Positions 42,547 to 51,424 of a DNA stretch of 54,320 nt are shown here, piece by piece (the first letter of the stretch is position 1; each line of letters starts with the position of its first letter). The position numbers were made by a program, and so were the translations under genes. The DNA is from a virus, in the IMG/VR virus record IMGVR_UViG_3300031673_000059, positions 1 to 54,320 of that record. One strand, written 5' to 3'. The notes beneath the pieces are model-generated. The model worked only from the letters and a program-made list of their open reading frames with translations, had not been told where the DNA came from and did no database searches.

Positions 42547-43098
42547 ATGATCAAGGGATTGCGTTGCCCCAACTGCGACACCACCGTCCACAAGGACACC
42601 ATCATCGACTTCCTTCTCAGCAAGAAGGCCTCGCACCTCCGGTGCAAGAACGCCTTCTGCAACATTCGCTGGAACCGATCCGCCTTAGAGGCCAACAAGG
42701 CACAGTTCCTCGGTGCGGAGGCGCCGAAACCAGCTCCTAAGCCCGTCGAGGCCTCAGTCAAGGTCGCGATGACGAAGATGGTGGTTCCGGCCCACACGAC
42801 CGTGGATGTGGTGAAGCGCGCGGGTATGCCGGTCACGCCGACGACAGGTAGCTGGTTGGACCGGATCCGAACGATCGCGCAGCACCATGCCCAAACCAAC
42901 GGCGTGGTGTCCATCGATGATCTACGTCTCTGGGCGGACATCCACAAGGATCACCCGACCAGCTCAAGCTCGTGGGGCGCGGTCTTCCAGGGCGACCAGT
43001 GGAAGAAGGTAAGTGAGAAGAACTCCACCTACGCCAAGAGCCGCTCGCGGAAGGTCTCCGTCTGGGCGCTTAGGACTCCTGCCAGGGTGTCCGCCTAA
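42547..43098 (+). CDS. Hypothetical protein with an N-terminal zinc ribbon.
   Basis: CPNCDTTVHK...CKNAFC. Confidence 0.5.
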   Translation: MIKGLRCPNCDTTVHKDTIIDFLLSKKASHLRCKNAFCNIRWNRSALEANKAQFLGAEAPKPAPKPVEASVKVAMTKMVVPAHTTVDVVKRAGMPVTPTTGSWLDRIRTIAQHHAQTNGVVSIDDLRLWADIHKDHPTSSSSWGAVFQGDQWKKVSEKNSTYAKSRSRKVSVWALRTPARVSA

Positions 43099-43407
43099 GT
43101 GGACGTCGACGCAGTTCGCAGAGCAGCAAGCGAGCCATGCGCAGCTTCCCTGACGTCTTGTTCAGAGTGCAAGGGTTCAGGGGAGTGTACTGCTGATGTG
43201 AATGACATTGGTGACTGCAAGAAGTGTGGCTGGTCAGCAGAGAACCACTGGGGCGGATCGCGGCGGTGCACTTCTTGTTTTGGCTGGGGCACAGAGACAG
43301 AGTATCCTTGCTGGCAGTACATCAACGACACGCCTGACCTTTGGTGCGACTCCTGTAAGGCGCAGCCGCCCGAAGTGACGGACGAGCAGTTCTACGAGGA
43401 GCATTAG
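43099..43407 (+). CDS. Small Cys-rich protein.
   Basis: CSECKGSGEC...CKKCGW...CTSCFGWG...CDSCK. Confidence 0.5.
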   Translation: MDVDAVRRAASEPCAASLTSCSECKGSGECTADVNDIGDCKKCGWSAENHWGGSRRCTSCFGWGTETEYPCWQYINDTPDLWCDSCKAQPPEVTDEQFYEEH

Positions 43408-44108
43408 TGGCATCAACTCGCGAGACGACGGGTGAACAGCAGGTTCCGGACATCGTCTGGGATCTGCCTCACTTCCAAAGCTGGCTGCAGGCCCAGAAAG
43501 GCGCCGGAAACAGGCTCGACGGGTTCAAGCCTGTTTTCCTCTTCCCTGCCGGGGGAAAGCCTTTCTTTTGGGCAGCCCACGTCAACGTCTACGTGGCATC
43601 CGAGAACCGGAACAAGGTCAACGAGGTGGTTATCTCTCGGCCGGACATCATGCACATCGTCCTGCTCCACAAGCCACTCAGGCTGAGTGACAAGATCAGG
43701 GCGGTGATGGTGCGGGAGTTCCGCTCGCCGGCGGCCACACCGAACGGGTTCATTCTGGAGACTCCCGGCGGAAGCTCGCTCAAGGGCGAGGACCCGCTGA
43801 CCATCGCTTCACAGGAGCTCGAAGAGGAGACCGGCATGGTCATCAGTCCAGATCGGCTAGTGCCCCTTGGGGCTAGGCAGCTGATGGGGACGATGTCTGC
43901 TCACAAGGCTCACGTCTACGCCGCATTGCTCAATGACCAGGACATGGACAGAGCATTGGCAGAGGCTGGGAAGACGCACGGCAACGAGGGCGACTCGGAG
44001 CGAACCTTCGTCGAGGTGCACGACGTTGGCATGCTCGTGCGTGAGCCCACCACCGACTGGGCTACGCTGGGTATGATCTACGCGGCGGCCGAAGCGCTCG
44101 GAATCTAA
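43407..44108 (+). CDS. Nudix hydrolase (ADP-ribose pyrophosphatase-like).
   Basis: Nudix box GGSSLKGEDPLTIASQELEEETG. Confidence 0.7.
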   Translation: MASTRETTGEQQVPDIVWDLPHFQSWLQAQKGAGNRLDGFKPVFLFPAGGKPFFWAAHVNVYVASENRNKVNEVVISRPDIMHIVLLHKPLRLSDKIRAVMVREFRSPAATPNGFILETPGGSSLKGEDPLTIASQELEEETGMVISPDRLVPLGARQLMGTMSAHKAHVYAALLNDQDMDRALAEAGKTHGNEGDSERTFVEVHDVGMLVREPTTDWATLGMIYAAAEALGI

Positions 44109-44149
44109 TCCATCTCCTTGTGCCCCATGGTGGGGTACAGACGTCCGTT

Positions 44150-44190
44150 GAAGAGGCCGGGACCGCAACCCCGGCCTCTTCGCTTGTACT
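44150..44190 (+). terminator. Strong hairpin terminator. 12-bp perfect stem GAAGAGGCCGGG/CCCGGCCTCTTC with an 8-nt loop.
   Basis: Read directly. It lies after the Nudix gene stop. The next gene has its own TAGAAC start motif. Confidence 0.6.
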
Positions 44191-44239
44191 TCGATGAATC
44201 AGGGCTCTTAGACGTTGGCGGTGAAAGGTAGAACACACC

Positions 44240-44416
44240 ATGAGTCAAGTCCCGTGCACCGGCCCTGAGTGTCTGCTCTGTAAGCTCCTTGGCGAGCCCA
44301 CCTCCGTTCAGGTTCCGGTCAAGGACCTGAACGACGACGGCAAGGTCAAGTTGATGACCATGAAGAAGAACAAGGCTCTGGAGCTCGGCCTGATCAAGGA
44401 CGAGGCTAATGACTGA
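44240..44416 (+). CDS. Small protein of 58 aa with CxxC...CxxC (below the ORF-track cutoff).
   Basis: MSQVPCTGPECLLCKLLGEP... GGTAGAAC-N5-ATG. The stop overlaps the next ATG. Confidence 0.5.
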   Translation: MSQVPCTGPECLLCKLLGEPTSVQVPVKDLNDDGKVKLMTMKKNKALELGLIKDEAND

Positions 44417-44756
44417 GACGCAGACCAGACTCAATCTCCTCGACCGACTGGCGATGATCGCCGAGACCAAGGAGATCAAGATCAACGTCCACGGAATGGA
44501 TGGCAACGCCGGGAACCTTATCGGCGTCTGCAAGTCGGCCATGTGGGCAGAGAAGCTCCCGCCTGCAGTCGTGGGGACCTTTCAGCGTGAGGCCCGATCC
44601 AAAGACTACGCCCACGCCCTGGTGACCTGTGACCTGTGGTTCACGCTCGTCGACATCGCACCGTCTGGATCGAGCGGGTCTCTCATCGGCAGCTTGCGGC
44701 GGCTCGGCCTGGCGCCGAAGCCCCAGGAGGAACTCTGTTGGAGAGGGTGGGACTGA
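44409..44756 (+). CDS. Hypothetical protein.
   Basis: 115-aa ORF. Confidence 0.5.
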   Translation: MTETQTRLNLLDRLAMIAETKEIKINVHGMDGNAGNLIGVCKSAMWAEKLPPAVVGTFQREARSKDYAHALVTCDLWFTLVDIAPSGSSGSLIGSLRRLGLAPKPQEELCWRGWD

Positions 44757-44953
44757 TGCCTGAGCCGAGGATCAGGCTCTACTGGAGCAAGAGGGAGAAC
44801 TCCCTGATGGGGGACAATGATGAGGGCGCCGGCAGAGGCACCGTCATCTACCTTTTCTCGCTCTTTGACAAAGACGTTCGAGACGAGCTCGAACGGCGGG
44901 GCTACGACCTCACGACCCTGAGGTTCCAGATCAGGAAGAAGCCTGATGCCTAA
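44756..44953 (+). CDS. Hypothetical small protein.
   Basis: MPEPRIRLYW... TGATG overlap with the upstream gene. Confidence 0.45.
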   Translation: MPEPRIRLYWSKRENSLMGDNDEGAGRGTVIYLFSLFDKDVRDELERRGYDLTTLRFQIRKKPDA

Positions 44954-45470
44954 GTACCGGGAGGAGCGACAACTCAAGGCCCCGGTCCCCGGAGCCTTCG
45001 GGCTCGGCGCCAACGAGGACGCGCGGGCCAGGGACCTGTGGCAGCTGACCCAGCGACAAGCTCGGTATAGGGACAGGCTCTACATCTTCGTCGAGGAGGA
45101 GTATGGCTACGCCTCTTACCTGTGGACTTATCCCGGGACCCCAGAAGAGCTCGTCGATGACTGGTGCGCGGGTAGGGTTCCGTGGAGCGGACCGCTCGAC
45201 AAGCCCCTCTACAGAGGGGAGTTCAATCCGGCCGCCTTCCACACGCACGAGGCGAATCGAGGCATGCCCTATCCGCGATCTCTGGAACTACGGCTCACAG
45301 AGACCAACCAGGTGGTCGAAGGGTTCTCCCATATCAGCCACTTCGATGGGATCGCCCACTACCATGAGGAGGATGACTCCCACCTAAGGGTCGGCTTCTA
45401 CGAGGTCAACGGGTTCCGAAAGCCCGAGGTCGTGTTCCACGTCCTCGATGCGCTGGCCGCGATTACATAG
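44946..45470 (+). CDS. Hypothetical protein.
   Basis: 174-aa ORF. Confidence 0.5.
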   Translation: MPKYREERQLKAPVPGAFGLGANEDARARDLWQLTQRQARYRDRLYIFVEEEYGYASYLWTYPGTPEELVDDWCAGRVPWSGPLDKPLYRGEFNPAAFHTHEANRGMPYPRSLELRLTETNQVVEGFSHISHFDGIAHYHEEDDSHLRVGFYEVNGFRKPEVVFHVLDALAAIT

Positions 45471-46029
45471 CCATTCCGCCGTAGGCGGAGCGGTCCATCA
45501 TCGGGTCGGTGTTGTCCGTGCCGGAGTCTGGCAGCGATAGGAGAGGCATGCGGTCGAGCTCATCGAACTCGCTGCCGTCTACCGTCTGGTAGCGCTGCAG
45601 GATGAGCATCTTCGTCTCGTCGTCGATCAGCTTGTCGAGCGCAGGGAAGACCTTGGATTCTTCTTCCTGGAAGTGATGATCGAGGCCTTCGAGGATCACG
45701 AACACGAGCTGGCGAGCCTGGTCCTCGACGTTCGTAAGTCTCGCTGAGAACAGGATCGTGTTCAGGCGGCCGATCCGAGCGAGCGTCTGGTCGTGCTCCT
45801 TGAAGAGCTCAGGCAGGACCTTGTTGTCCGCCTTGAGGAACTTCATCCCGATCAGGTAGAGGACCGATTCCTCCCGCAGAACATGGGACTGGAGCAGGTC
45901 AGACATCTGCTGAGATGTATGCCGCATGCCAGGGATGTCGAACCGTTCGGTGTGGGCTCTCAGCTCACCGGCTAAGGTCCTTACCCGGGCGTGATCGCGC
46001 AGCAGGGGCTCAATGATGCTCTTTGACAT
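45463..46029 (-). CDS. Hemerythrin-like (HHE cation-binding) domain protein.
   Basis: LLRDHARVR...HVLREE...LDHHFQEEESKVFPAL gives paired H..E and HH..EE metal-ligand motifs. Confidence 0.5.
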   Translation of the reverse strand: MSKSIIEPLLRDHARVRTLAGELRAHTERFDIPGMRHTSQQMSDLLQSHVLREESVLYLIGMKFLKADNKVLPELFKEHDQTLARIGRLNTILFSARLTNVEDQARQLVFVILEGLDHHFQEEESKVFPALDKLIDDETKMLILQRYQTVDGSEFDELDRMPLLSLPDSGTDNTDPMMDRSAYGGMAM

Positions 46030-46076
46030 ACCTGATCTCCAGGGCAGCTGGACATCAGTAGGATAGCATCGTAAAC

Positions 46077-46820
46077 CTAGTTATCGAAGGCGATGACGAT
46101 TCTCACCTGATCCGGCGGTCCGAGAGCCACCAGCGAGGGGATCACGTCCACAAAGTTCTGGACGACGTCCCGGTAGGTCCTGGGCAGGGTGAGGGCCACG
46201 TAGGGTCCCAGCTGTTGGTAACCCCCGCCCAGACGGCACTTGCGTCGCCTGACCAGCTTCTTGGTCGTGTTGCTCAGTAGCAGCAGAAGCATCTCATCCT
46301 CGGTCACCTCTCTGTGGACGGCCACCAGGTCCTTGTGCCACATCGCCCGGCCGGTGACGTATTGCTCCTCCTCCAGCCTGGAAGGGAGCTTCCCGGTGTC
46401 CTTCCACTCAAGGTATTGGTTGGCGAATAGCGCCATTTTCTCGTGAAAGCAGACCGTGTCCCAGTCAGCGTCGAGGAGCTCCTGGACCGTGAAATGGGTG
46501 TGGGAGTGATACTCGTGGCTCTCGGCGTCAAGGGCTTTCAAGGTCGCCTTCGCGGCGTCTTCTGGAAAGCCCCGATTAGCGAATAACGCATCAACTGATC
46601 TCCATCGAACGCCGGCCAGGACTCCGAACAGAGCGTAGTTCCTCTCAGAAAGTTCGTTCAGATAGTCCGGCCATTCAGCCAGCCACTCGTCGTAAGGGAC
46701 ATCCTCACCTCTGTCCTCTCGACGACGACGGCTGGACCGGCGGCCATCCTTCGAGTCACGGAGCCCCCACCGGCCGTTTCGGCCCTTCACCTCGATCACA
46801 GGATGCGCGTCGGTTCCCAT
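46077..46820 (-). CDS. Hypothetical protein.
   Basis: The start is at 46820 (MGTDAHP...), preceded by GGTAGAAC-N5. Confidence 0.55.
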   Translation of the reverse strand: MGTDAHPVIEVKGRNGRWGLRDSKDGRRSSRRRREDRGEDVPYDEWLAEWPDYLNELSERNYALFGVLAGVRWRSVDALFANRGFPEDAAKATLKALDAESHEYHSHTHFTVQELLDADWDTVCFHEKMALFANQYLEWKDTGKLPSRLEEEQYVTGRAMWHKDLVAVHREVTEDEMLLLLLSNTTKKLVRRRKCRLGGGYQQLGPYVALTLPRTYRDVVQNFVDVIPSLVALGPPDQVRIVIAFDN

Positions 46821-46884
46821 GTTTAGTTCTACCTTCGATGAATCGCTGTTGGTCGCTCGTTGGTTCTGAAAGGTAGAAGAACGT

Positions 46885-47580
46885 ATGACGCACCTGTCTG
46901 ACAAGGAAAAGGAAGAGCACCTCAAGCTCGTCCTGGACGAACTCCCTCCCGAGTTCAAGAAGCTGGCCGATCTCCGGTCCTACGGACCCCAGTTGCGGGT
47001 CAGCCATGCAACGGTCGAGGTCGAACACGACTGGTACAGCAAAGCCAACACGATGAAGCTGTCCTTCAGTTACAACGTCCTGGACGAAGAAGGCGTCGGG
47101 GCTAAGAATCGATCGTGGAAGCAGCGAGGTCGAGACAACAAGTTCTGCTACGACCGATGCGCCGCACACATCGTCGATGTGCTCACCAAGTATGAAGCTC
47201 TTCAAAAGCGGCGGCGACAGGGCGATTCCATCGCCAAGAAGCGGGGCGAGGTCCTCAAGGAGGCCTTCAGGAGCGACCCTCTGCTCGGCGGCCTGGATCT
47301 TGAAGTCCAGACTAGTACCACTCCACGGACGGAGTCCGGGTCGGTAGACGTCGAAATCCGGGGCAAGGACTATTGCGGCTCCAACGCTTCGTTGAAGTTC
47401 GACGGCGAGGCCTTTCACGGCCAGGTGGACGTCTACGGGCTCTCGGCTGAGCAAGTGGCGGCCCTGATGGTTGTCGTAAGACTCGACAAGCTGGGTGTGC
47501 TCGACCTGATCGCGCTCTCTGACGACTCGATCCTCGGTGCATCCATCCGAAAACTGACCGAAGGGCTTAACAACGCATGA
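46885..47580 (+). CDS. Hypothetical protein.
   Basis: GGTAGAAG-N5-ATG. Confidence 0.55.
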   Translation: MTHLSDKEKEEHLKLVLDELPPEFKKLADLRSYGPQLRVSHATVEVEHDWYSKANTMKLSFSYNVLDEEGVGAKNRSWKQRGRDNKFCYDRCAAHIVDVLTKYEALQKRRRQGDSIAKKRGEVLKEAFRSDPLLGGLDLEVQTSTTPRTESGSVDVEIRGKDYCGSNASLKFDGEAFHGQVDVYGLSAEQVAALMVVVRLDKLGVLDLIALSDDSILGASIRKLTEGLNNA

Positions 47581-48002
47581 AGTTCTACGCCGTATTCAAG
47601 ACTGTGGTCGAGAAGCATGTCGAGCTCGACGCCGACAGCTGGGAAGCGGCGGCCGAGATCGCCAACACGATGAAGCGGCCGATCGTCCAGGCCGAGACTT
47701 CACTTGAAGTCGTCGCCATGTGTGCGTGCGAACACCCCGAGTGCGAGTGCGACTACTACGACGCGGCCCACGAGCTCGTCGGTCCTTGCAACAAGTGCGG
47801 CTTCCAGATCCTTGAGCGGGGTTGTACCGATGCGTGCAAGGACCAGCACCAGCACTCGGAGAGCGACCTCACTTACAGCCGAGGTGGCGGTTGGTGCTCG
47901 ACGAAGCACGGCCACATGTCGTGGTGCTCCCAGGCCTGCCGAGATGCTGATCGAGCTAATGATCCAGAGGTCGAAGTACTCGACAGGATGGCAGGGATCT
48001 AG
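47577..48002 (+). CDS. Cys/His-rich protein.
   Basis: 141-aa ORF. Confidence 0.5.
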   Translation: MKFYAVFKTVVEKHVELDADSWEAAAEIANTMKRPIVQAETSLEVVAMCACEHPECECDYYDAAHELVGPCNKCGFQILERGCTDACKDQHQHSESDLTYSRGGGWCSTKHGHMSWCSQACRDADRANDPEVEVLDRMAGI

Positions 48003-48244
48003 AACGAGTAGAGACCGGCCCCAGGTCCGCCTGATGACGGCGGCCGAGGAAGACCACGCTTCGCTCTCAACTTCTCATCAAGCATGGCCAGCTGCTCGAC
48101 ACGAGCCGTCTCCACGAACGGACGTAGGTCCCAGTTGTAGTCGCCCTTGACCTGGACGTTGTAGGGTCCGATCCACAGGTTCTGCTTCTCGCAGTAGTGG
48201 AACCCACGCTCGATGAGAGCCTGGCGATAGTCGTCAGGCGACAT
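47999..48244 (-). CDS. Hypothetical protein, tandem paralog.
   Basis: RGFHYCEKQNLWIGPYNV...LDEKLRAKRGLPRPP aligns with RGFRWCGNQWVGPFGI...VDEQLRAKRGQPRDP in 48412..48738. Confidence 0.5.
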   Translation of the reverse strand: MSPDDYRQALIERGFHYCEKQNLWIGPYNVQVKGDYNWDLRPFVETARVEQLAMLDEKLRAKRGLPRPPSSGGPGAGLYSF

Positions 48245-48411
48245 CGATCCACAGCTCCTCGAACTCCCCGCTCTCGCGAAGCGCCTTCAAATCGGCTTCT
48301 AAGTCTTGATCGCGCCTGGGTTTAGTATTTACCACACCGAAAACAAGGTCCCAACACCATCTAAACGCTGCTTTGATCATGGGTTAGGTCCTTGTGTACC
48401 GCAATGCAGAG

Positions 48412-48738
48412 TTACTGCCCCGGCGGCGCGGATTGGCGGTATGGATCTCGTGGTTGACCACGCTTTGCGCGCAGCTGCTCGTCGACATCAGCGAGCAGTG
48501 ACTTGCGCAGCCCCGAGATCCCAGGACCGACCATGCCGCCCATGAGGCCCGACGTTCCGATCCCGTCTGGAGTGTCGCGGCCCGACGTCGTGGGGTAGTT
48601 GGACTCGTTCGCCACGCCGGTGACGGTGATCCCGAAGGGGCCGACCCACTGATTACCGCACCAGCGGAATCCACGAGACTTGAGCTCAGCCTCGAATTGT
48701 GGAGCGGACATCGGCGGTTTATCGAACGGTCCAGACAT
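48412..48738 (-). CDS. Hypothetical protein, tandem paralog.
   Basis: Paralog of 47999..48244. Confidence 0.5.
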   Translation of the reverse strand: MSGPFDKPPMSAPQFEAELKSRGFRWCGNQWVGPFGITVTGVANESNYPTTSGRDTPDGIGTSGLMGGMVGPGISGLRKSLLADVDEQLRAKRGQPRDPYRQSAPPGQ

Positions 48739-48901
48739 AACCCCAGTCTAGCTGACGCGGGGACTAAACCGTCGGATGCAGAACGGTGTGTACAAATTCC
48801 GCTGTGGCTTTCCTACTACTGATGCGCTACGACGGACCTCAAAAAATGCGGTACCACTAAATGGTCGGTCGATGAATGCCGCCGGGTATACGTAAGCAGA
48901 G

Positions 48902-49345
48902 ATGAAGCCTACCGCCTACCGAATCAAGCGAACCAAGTTAGCCGACGCTGACACCTTTGACGGCAACCATCCGGGGCACGTCGCCTACTTACAGATCCAC
49001 ATCAGCGGCGGCCGGAAGTATGGGTTCAAGTCGAACCCGCGTGTCTGTCTTTACTGCAAGGACTACCACGAGGCGATTGATTTTCCGACGGCGGCCGCCG
49101 CCAAGAGGCAGCTCAGGTCCTCCGCCGTGAGGTCCTACTTTGCCCCGGAGATCAGCTGGGTACACGACGGCTACAAGGTCGAGGTGGTCGAGCTCCGGTT
49201 CGAGGAGTGCGACGAGACCAACGCCTTCTTCAAGGCGAAGGCGCCCTTCGAGCCTGCAGTTCCCGCCGGGCACCACGTCGTGGTCAGGGAGCGGGTGGTC
49301 TGGCCTGTTCCTCCTGTCCTCGACCGATTGGCGGCCATCGAATGA
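48902..49345 (+). CDS. Hypothetical protein.
   Basis: 147-aa ORF. CCGGGTATACG lies upstream. Confidence 0.5.
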   Translation: MKPTAYRIKRTKLADADTFDGNHPGHVAYLQIHISGGRKYGFKSNPRVCLYCKDYHEAIDFPTAAAAKRQLRSSAVRSYFAPEISWVHDGYKVEVVELRFEECDETNAFFKAKAPFEPAVPAGHHVVVRERVVWPVPPVLDRLAAIE

Positions 49346-49707
49346 CCGAAGGGGAGATCGTCGAAGAGGTCCTCGCTCGGACGAAGGAGCTCGCCAAGCT
49401 CCACGCCGCACCGCTACGGACTCACTCCGCCGGCGAGAGGGACTTCAACTTCAACAACTTCTGGTTCAAAATCTCGTTCTACGTTCCGAAGTACTGGTCG
49501 CTCTTAGGTCCGAAGTTCGGAGAGATCAAGACGCTGGCGGTCTACGCCACCGGCACCTATACCAATCCGCTTTTCTGGCTCAACCGAGAGGCGAGTAGTC
49601 CTGATGGGCTGTGGGAGATTGACAAGCCCGCGTGTGAGGGCCTTCTAATCTCGCTGCGAGCATCGATGATCCTTGATGATCTCGCGGGTATCAGTCCTGG
49701 GGCCTAA
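49342..49707 (+). CDS. Hypothetical protein.
   Basis: MTEGEIVEEV... ATGA overlap with the upstream gene. Confidence 0.5.
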   Translation: MTEGEIVEEVLARTKELAKLHAAPLRTHSAGERDFNFNNFWFKISFYVPKYWSLLGPKFGEIKTLAVYATGTYTNPLFWLNREASSPDGLWEIDKPACEGLLISLRASMILDDLAGISPGA

Positions 49708-49750
49708 GATAGACGGTCGCTGATTCTCTTCCTGACAGAAGTACACAAGA

Positions 49751-49993
49751 ATGTCTCAACCCGAGAAGACCCCTCAGGCTTACGAGGTCTACCAGCACTA
49801 CAAGGGGTCGCGCTATCTGTGTCTCGGCGTGTTCACCCACACGGAGACCGGGGAGAGCCTCGTCGCCTACCGTGAGCTGGCCAAGGTCGATGCTGAGCCC
49901 TGGGTCCGACCCCTCGGCATGTGGTTCGAGCGGGTCTGCTGCGATGACCGCAACTACTGCGGACCACGCTTCGTGAAGCTTCTGCGGACATGA
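49751..49993 (+). CDS. Hypothetical small protein.
   Basis: GTACACAAG (the reverse complement of CTTGTGTAC) lies 1 nt upstream of the ATG. Confidence 0.5.
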   Translation: MSQPEKTPQAYEVYQHYKGSRYLCLGVFTHTETGESLVAYRELAKVDAEPWVRPLGMWFERVCCDDRNYCGPRFVKLLRT

Positions 49994-50130
49994 TCGTAGA
50001 AAGATGTCACGCCAGGCTTGTGTACATCGTTTAGAGGCCAGTAAAGCCCCGTCACGGCCTTCATCACGTCTGCTTAGGGTGTCACCCAACAACGCTTTGT
50101 GTACACCGTAATGACGCTTATATAGCGCCG

Positions 50131-50397
50131 TCAGGCTTTCTTCAGGATCAGCTCGATGTTGGCGTCCCACTTGCCGTCCCGGTCAGGGATCAGGACGCAG
50201 ATATCATGCGGCTGGTAGCCGGCGACGTCGATGGTGATCATCGGATACGGAAAGGCCGGGTCGAGCGTATCAGGCACGCCGACGATGGTCCCTTCTGTTC
50301 TCGCCTCGTGAATGACCACCGGCACTCCGTCTTCCCATCGCACGACATGGTCACGCAACATGCGGATCCGGCGGCCCACGAGTGGGTGATCTTCCAC
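50131..50397 (-). CDS. Hypothetical protein.
   Basis: 88-aa ORF. Confidence 0.45.
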   Translation of the reverse strand: MEDHPLVGRRIRMLRDHVVRWEDGVPVVIHEARTEGTIVGVPDTLDPAFPYPMITIDVAGYQPHDICVLIPDRDGKWDANIELILKKA

Positions 50398-50478
50398 TCC
50401 GAACCCTCCGCCACCAGATTAGTCCATCATTCCGCGAACGGCAGGGTAGAGCCCTTTCCGGCTGGGTATAAGTGATGA

Positions 50479-51000
50479 ATGACCACACGCAAGCCCTGGA
50501 TAGAAAACGACGCCCTGGCCATCAAACAATTTGAGATCGGCTGGGCATGGCAGCGATTTGTGGGGTGCTTCTTCGCAGCTCACGGCCTGGAAGTGATGCT
50601 CCCCAAGCTCCAGATCAGGGAATCTGTGGATGACATCCCTGATTTTGCTGATGAGTGGGACTTGTCTGTGGCTGGACAGCGGATCGAGGTCAAGTCGCGC
50701 CACTTCGAATTCACCTCCGATCCGGAGTCGTTCCCGTGGGACCGTCCGTTCGTAGACACTTACGGCGGCTACGAGGTCAAGAAGGTCAAACCCATCGCCT
50801 ACGTCTTCGTCAGTCAGAAGACCGGAGCGCTCCTATCCACGCCCGCCAATGAGCAGGAGCGCGACGACTTCTGGGAGACGGTGGTCGCACCGGATCGTAT
50901 GCGAAACATCGCCCAGGAGACGTTTTACGTAACCCCAAGGGCACGCCTCTCACCGATCACACGCCTCGTTGCCCGCCTGAAGGAGATCGGCGACGGATAA
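50479..51000 (+). CDS. Hypothetical protein, possibly a PD-(D/E)xK-like nuclease.
   Basis: DLSVAGQRIEVKS gives a D...E.K pattern. GGGTATAAG lies upstream. Confidence 0.35.
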   Translation: MTTRKPWIENDALAIKQFEIGWAWQRFVGCFFAAHGLEVMLPKLQIRESVDDIPDFADEWDLSVAGQRIEVKSRHFEFTSDPESFPWDRPFVDTYGGYEVKKVKPIAYVFVSQKTGALLSTPANEQERDDFWETVVAPDRMRNIAQETFYVTPRARLSPITRLVARLKEIGDG

Positions 51001-51066
51001 CTTGTGTACCTTGTCACGCTCGTCGGTAGAACCGGCGGCCAGTGTGACATCTCGGTATAACCCAGC

Positions 51067-51270
51067 ATGAGCGACTACGACGATCTGATCGAGGCCCTCG
51101 ACGACTACCGAGCCAGGAAGGACGAGTGGTGGCGAGATCTCTCGCAGCCGGGTTTCTATGACCCGACCGACTCTCGACGAGACTACGCGGAGAAGGAGAT
51201 CGCGAAGGCGCACGACCACCTCGACAAGGTGTTTAGGGCGCTTGTCCTGAAGGTGATCGAAAAGGCTTAA
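51067..51270 (+). CDS. Hypothetical small acidic protein.
   Basis: CGGTATAAC lies 5 nt upstream of the ATG. Confidence 0.45.
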   Translation: MSDYDDLIEALDDYRARKDEWWRDLSQPGFYDPTDSRRDYAEKEIAKAHDHLDKVFRALVLKVIEKA

Positions 51271-51424
51271 GACGCCGCGAGTCAAATCACTAAAACTTCT
51301 TGCGTATCAGCCCAAAATCGAAGAAACTCTTGACCGCATTAAAGAGCCTCCTGGTCGGTATAAGCGGGGGTTCTTTTTCGGAGTAACACTCCATCGACGA
51401 CCATTCCTAGGAGGAATACCCCCC

